Source of the DNA: the human T2T-CHM13v2.0 reference genome, Homo sapiens
Assembly: GCF_009914755.1 (NCBI RefSeq)
Contig: NC_060929.1
Length of the DNA: 64,000 bases
Direction: 5' to 3' (one strand)
The position numbers and the translations under genes were made by a program. Below, piece by piece: positions 59,500 to 64,000 of this stretch; the first letter of the stretch is position 1, and each line of letters opens with the position of its first letter. The notes under the pieces were generated by a model. That model was not told where the DNA came from and did no database searches. It saw nothing but the letters and a program-made list of their open reading frames with translations.

Positions 59500-61660
59500 C
59501 TTTCTCTTTTATTCCTATTCTTCATTCCTATTCTCCTTCCCTACCAGATCATCCAAATGTATTTAATGCTATTACTTTTTACATGTGCTCTTGCAAAATA
59601 AATATTTTTGTTTTAATGTGTTCATTTTAAATGTACACAAATGTCTTTTGTCATACATCTCATTTCATTTTTATAACTTTTCTAGTCATGCTTGTTCTGT
59701 AAACCTCCAGTCTGTCAACTCCGTGGTGTATAATTGCTTTTAAAAAAAAACCCTCCTCTCCAAAAATGGTTTCTAAAATCCTGCCACCACAAAGAATGCC
59801 GTGATGAACATCATATATGTGTCTCTGTATGGGCCTGTGAGTTAATTCCATTGGCATATACAGCCACAAAAGGAATTGTTGATTCACAGGATTTGCCTAT
59901 ACTTAGCCTTCAGTCAGGAAAAATAGTCATCATTTACCAACTACATCCAAGGAACCCTTTAATTTTTAATATTTTTAAGTCATTTTAAAAAATAATTTAC
60001 AGAAGAAAGGTATATTATAAAACTAATATACAGAAGAAAAAAGTTGAAAACAACTTTATTAGCAATATTAATAACAATTTAATGATAGCTAACTCAATTT
60101 TTTAATCTATATTTTCTTGGTTTTGAAGATATTCTACTCAAAATGATCTTCTGAATGCAACTAATTGCTTATCAACTGTCATTCATGAACTTGGAATATA
60201 TCCAGTTTGTAAAAACCGATTCCAGGTTTCAAACACATCTCTAATAGGTTCTAGCTTATCATTATTTCTGGTTCTTCTTGTTCTTGCTTCATAAAAATGC
60301 AATACCCAAAGGAATGTTTGAAAACATTAACAGTTCATGATTTTGTTGATGAGAGGACAGCCGTCTTCTTTAAAGTCTCCACAAATAGAAAATGTTTTCA
60401 TTTTTAGATTTATCAACACCAATTAGAACAATCAATCTAATGACTGTATTTCTACATCACATATTTCCTTCCAGTAACCTTTTATACATACCTGCCTTTA
60501 TCTCTGTCTGCTTATGAATCATATCAATTAAATTTTGGTACAGAAACGTCATGAAAATATGAAAGAATCCACAAACCTGGGATGGTTCAGGTTCTTGTTA
60601 CCAAATATTGCGGGTTGAAGTTCTTTCTATTGACTAAGTGGATGAGAATACTGTATTTCCTTTGTCTACGGAAATACACTGTCCTTTCACTTGCTGATTC
60701 TGAAGTTTGAAAACATTCACCTAGGATATTGGTCTCTGAAGACACGTAGTCTGGGATTGTGCTTAGATGATTCACTTCACCATCACCTTTAGAATCTAGA
60801 CAAAAGAGCTGCTCTCTGTCTCTTTGTAGTTACCTGACTCAACTTCATTTTTTTCTCTTTGCCAAAAATTATGGCCAGTAAGTAAAAACTTCTAAATTCT
60901 CAACTGTGTTCAATAAATGCTAAAAGAAGATTTCAAGTAAGGTGTCTCCAGTCTTCTCTTGCACTTTCTTGAAAAATGATGCAATCCTTAGGACAATATA
61001 ATAAGAAAACTGAAGGATGATAAAACAGTGACATTTTATTTCACTAATGCATGTTACTTCTAGGTGATGCCATAATTTTCCACTTCTCGTTATTTTACTC
61101 TGTTGTATCCATTGGACATAATGTTGAACATTGACAAAAATAACAGCTAGGATGATAAAACGTCAAAATGTTTCAAGACAAAGGAAAAACAAGATCTCTT
61201 AATATTTTATAATGTTTCAGACCTACGAAAGGTTCCAATAGATTCCTATGGCACTTTTGAGATAGAATAAGTCCTTGTTTTTTTGGCACTAAGAATGAGT
61301 GAACGCAATAAAGTGTCAATCCATACAAATCGAATTGCTTCAAAAAGAAACTCATAAACTAAAATTGATTATACATTGACAGTTAATCGGTGTACCATTG
61401 TGCAAACATATTATCTGCAGTGCTGCCCTGGTCTACACTTCTACCAGCAGAACAGAATGCTCCTCAAGGCTCATGTCCCCACCAATACTTCACATTATCC
61501 AGGTTTCCTAATTTTTGCCAGTATATGAAGTGTAAAGTGGCATTCATATAATTGTTTCAAATGGATTTCTTATTCCTAATGATTTTGGGCATTTGTTTGC
61601 TTACATTTTTTAATGTTTAGACTATTCTCTTTTATGAGCTGCCTGTTCACAGCCTTTGTT
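59500..61660 (-). mobile_element. Ancient L1ME-like 3' fragment interrupted by piggyBac (parts ~59500-59902 and ~61387-61660)
   Basis: aggaattgttgattcacagg...|...cacttctaccagcag...tgtaaagtggcat...ttatgagctgcctgttca. Confidence 0.55.
59907..61382 (-). mobile_element. piggyBac DNA transposon fossil (Looper-like)
   Basis: Manual - strand translation across stops and frameshifts gives ...WKEICDVE...LIGVDKSKNENI...RNNDKLEPIRDVFETWN...MTVDKQLVAFR; flanked by TTAG 59903-59906 and TTAA 61383-61386. Confidence 0.85.
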
Positions 61661-62689
61661 CCAAGGAGGTTTTTAAGAAATATTGAGGCCCCAGTGAGTC
61701 AGAATTTCTGAGGGTGTAACAGGCATCAATATCTTTTCCAGGTTCTAAATGGAGTTTACTATGCAGCCTGGGTTGAGAATCACTTTGCGAACTGGGCGAC
61801 TGCTCCTCTGATTCCTCTCCTCATCCCTGTCCCCTCCACTCACTCCTCTCTTGCTACAAGCAGCCTTGTGCTGTGTCTCTAACGCCAGCCTTCTCCTGCC
61901 ACATGCCCCTTGCACTGGCTTCTCCTTGTAACTGGAGGCTTCCCTCAGTGGTCCAGTTGGTCTGTCCCCTCCTTAAAGGCTGTGACTCCCCCATCCCTAA
62001 TATAACATAGCGCTTCTCCTCCAACCACCTCCAGTGCCAATTCTGTTTGTTCTTGCTTTTATTTATCTCCCTGCCTCTAGAATGTAAACACAAAAGCAGA
62101 GAATGTGCTTGTTCTGTTCACTGTTGCAACTCCAGCCCTTAGACAGAAGGCACTCAAACTTTACCAAATGAATTATTTTGAATGGAAAACACAGACTTGG
62201 AGTTTGTGTAAATGATAATTAAAAGTATTCTCCAAAACTTGAAAACAGTATATAAGTTGTGTATAAATCACAGCAGCAAATATTCCTTCCATTTGCTGCA
62301 GGCCCAAAAACTGACACTGAGGACAGTAGGCAGATTTCTACTCAAGCAAGGAATTCTCCACCCCTCCCTTTTTTTGTATACTTCCAGAAAATTCTCCAGG
62401 CCATTTCCTTCTCTAGGAAAATACAGTAACAGTGCAGATAGTAAAAGCTGGACAATTGTTTTTTTAAGATCAGAGGTGCTGACCACAGATTCTGAACCTT
62501 CATTACGGCCTCCTCCTCCTCCCTGTCACCTTCCAACTTCTTCTGCTCCAATGGTTTGGCTCATAAATCCATCTCTCTAATTCCTTGCTTCTCATCACTT
62601 CATTTACTTTGCTATATGACCCTTCCAGTAGGCAGGAGAAATAGATATTCTAACAGCTATACCACCACTCTGGGTTATCCTGGCCAAAC

Positions 62690-62830
62690 GCTGGACAAGG
62701 AGCCAGGTGGCAACCTGGGCCACTGCCTTAGCTCTGCCACTTTCAAGCTCTGAGACCTTGAACAAATTACTGCACTTCTCTGTGCCTTGGTTCTCAAGTC
62801 CGTGAGAGGAGGAAGGTGGAGCAGATGATT
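62690..62830 (+). mobile_element. MIR fragment
   Basis: ctctgccact...tgagaccttgaacaaattactgcacttctctgtgcctt. Confidence 0.6.
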
Positions 62831-62974
62831 TGGAAGAGAAACACAATAAAGGCGACCACATAATGTTTTGTTTTTAAGTTAACTGTAGCAAACACTCATC
62901 ACGGTTCATTATCAAGAGAGTCTGAATATTCAACTTGATAATTCTATTTGTTTGTTTCATATAGCTTTACTTAC

Positions 62975-63097
62975 CAACACAACCCACACCAGTTGGGTTC
63001 AACTGAAAATCGGGTGGGCAGTTACACTCATAGCGACCAGGCGTGTTGACACATAGGCCATTGACACAGTTTATAGGATCTGCACACTCATCAATAT
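62975..63097 (-). CDS. FBN2: FBN2 exon 36 (cbEGF)
   Basis: [11 protein letters not shown]...TGVGCV; tag acceptor, gtaagt donor; 123 nt. Confidence 0.95.
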
Positions 63098-63392
63098 CTA
63101 GGAGAAGCATTTAAAATGCCCAGGTTACCATTTTTACTTTTTCTGTGCATACTGCTGTTCCAAAGAATTTGGTGGAATTTTTGCAAGTGAGTAGATTAAA
63201 GATCACTAGGAAAGACTCAACACAATAAAATAAATATCTTAAATTTTGGTATATACCTAAAACAGGTTCCATACATCAAGGACAGAGTATTTATGACAGC
63301 GTTTAACATCCTTAACAAATACATTGTAATTAATTAAAATTTGCAACTCTGAGGACGAAAAAATTATGTCACTATTTGCTTAACAAAAATCA

Positions 63393-63455
63393 CATATATA
63401 CATGTATATATATATATACATGTACTATATATACATATACATGAACATATATATA
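63393..63455. repeat. TA/CA-rich simple repeat
   Basis: Direct reading. Confidence 0.8.
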
Positions 63456-63704
63456 AAGAGACACTTTACTAGTTTCATGTCAGATATTTAACAATCATAC
63501 AGATAACAATTTAATATTATTTACATAAAAATGCATCAATTCCATAGTTACAAATAAATGCATCTGAATATAATTTTCTTTTTCTGAAAAATGTGTAACC
63601 TAATGCATAGATTAGCTAAGCAGAAATCTCAGGAATTTTTATGCTTAGCACAGAATACTCATTTCAATGAATCAGAACACAACTTAGCTGGTAACTGACC
63701 ATAC

Positions 63705-63827
63705 CTGTACAGTTCCCTCCTGTTCTGTCCAATTCATAACCATCATCGCAGATGCAATGAAACATTCCAGGCAGGTTATTACATGTTCCAAAGACACAAA
63801 TGTTTTGGAAGGAGCATTCATCAATAT
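63705..63827 (-). CDS. FBN2: FBN2 exon 35 (cbEGF)
   Basis: [11 protein letters not shown]...TGGNCT; cag acceptor, gtatgg donor; 123 nt. Confidence 0.95.
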
Positions 63828-64000
63828 CTGAAGATTTTAAAAAAAAGTAATCTCTTATTTAAGAAGACATTTTAAAATTTTAATGTAATGTCTAACATTA
63901 GCGCATTTTTCTGCCCCCTCAGATGTTTTTATTCAGTAAGGCTTTTTTTTTCTCTTTTTTGGCTAGGTAGATAAGTGTAAAGGGCAAGCAACTAATGTTC

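Larger units (their letters stand above)
58981..61785. mobile_element. MER5-type hAT MITE split in two (~58981-59035 and ~61660-61785)
   Basis: Inverted termini aagtaattttcatccctggctgcata and tatgcagcctgggttgagaatcactt. Confidence 0.7.

Overview
Primate (human-like) genomic DNA carrying the 3' half of FBN2 (fibrillin-2) on the minus strand. I resolved 31 coding exons with splice sites, numbered 35-65 by counting back from the last exon and assuming the known 65-exon structure. They total 4268 coding nt: cbEGF modules, TB4 (RGD) to TB7, the RQKR furin site and the placensin C-peptide. A ~1.5 kb 3'UTR ends near an AATAAA at 2762-2767. The introns hold a full-length but dead sense-oriented L1PA2/3 with an intact RT-containing ORF2 remnant, a twin-primed inverted L1, nine Alus, LTRs, MIR/L2 and a nested TE stack containing a fossil piggyBac (Looper-like) transposase that the ORF track misses. 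I see no clearly new biological system. The best leads are the piggyBac fossil and nest, a templated-insertion scar, a 105-bp dispersed duplication, a re-initiated L1 ORF0, and an inverted L1 pair around 14 phase-symmetric exons that could give a stop-free circRNA. Repeat subfamily names come from recalled consensus motifs, and old-repeat boundaries are approximate.
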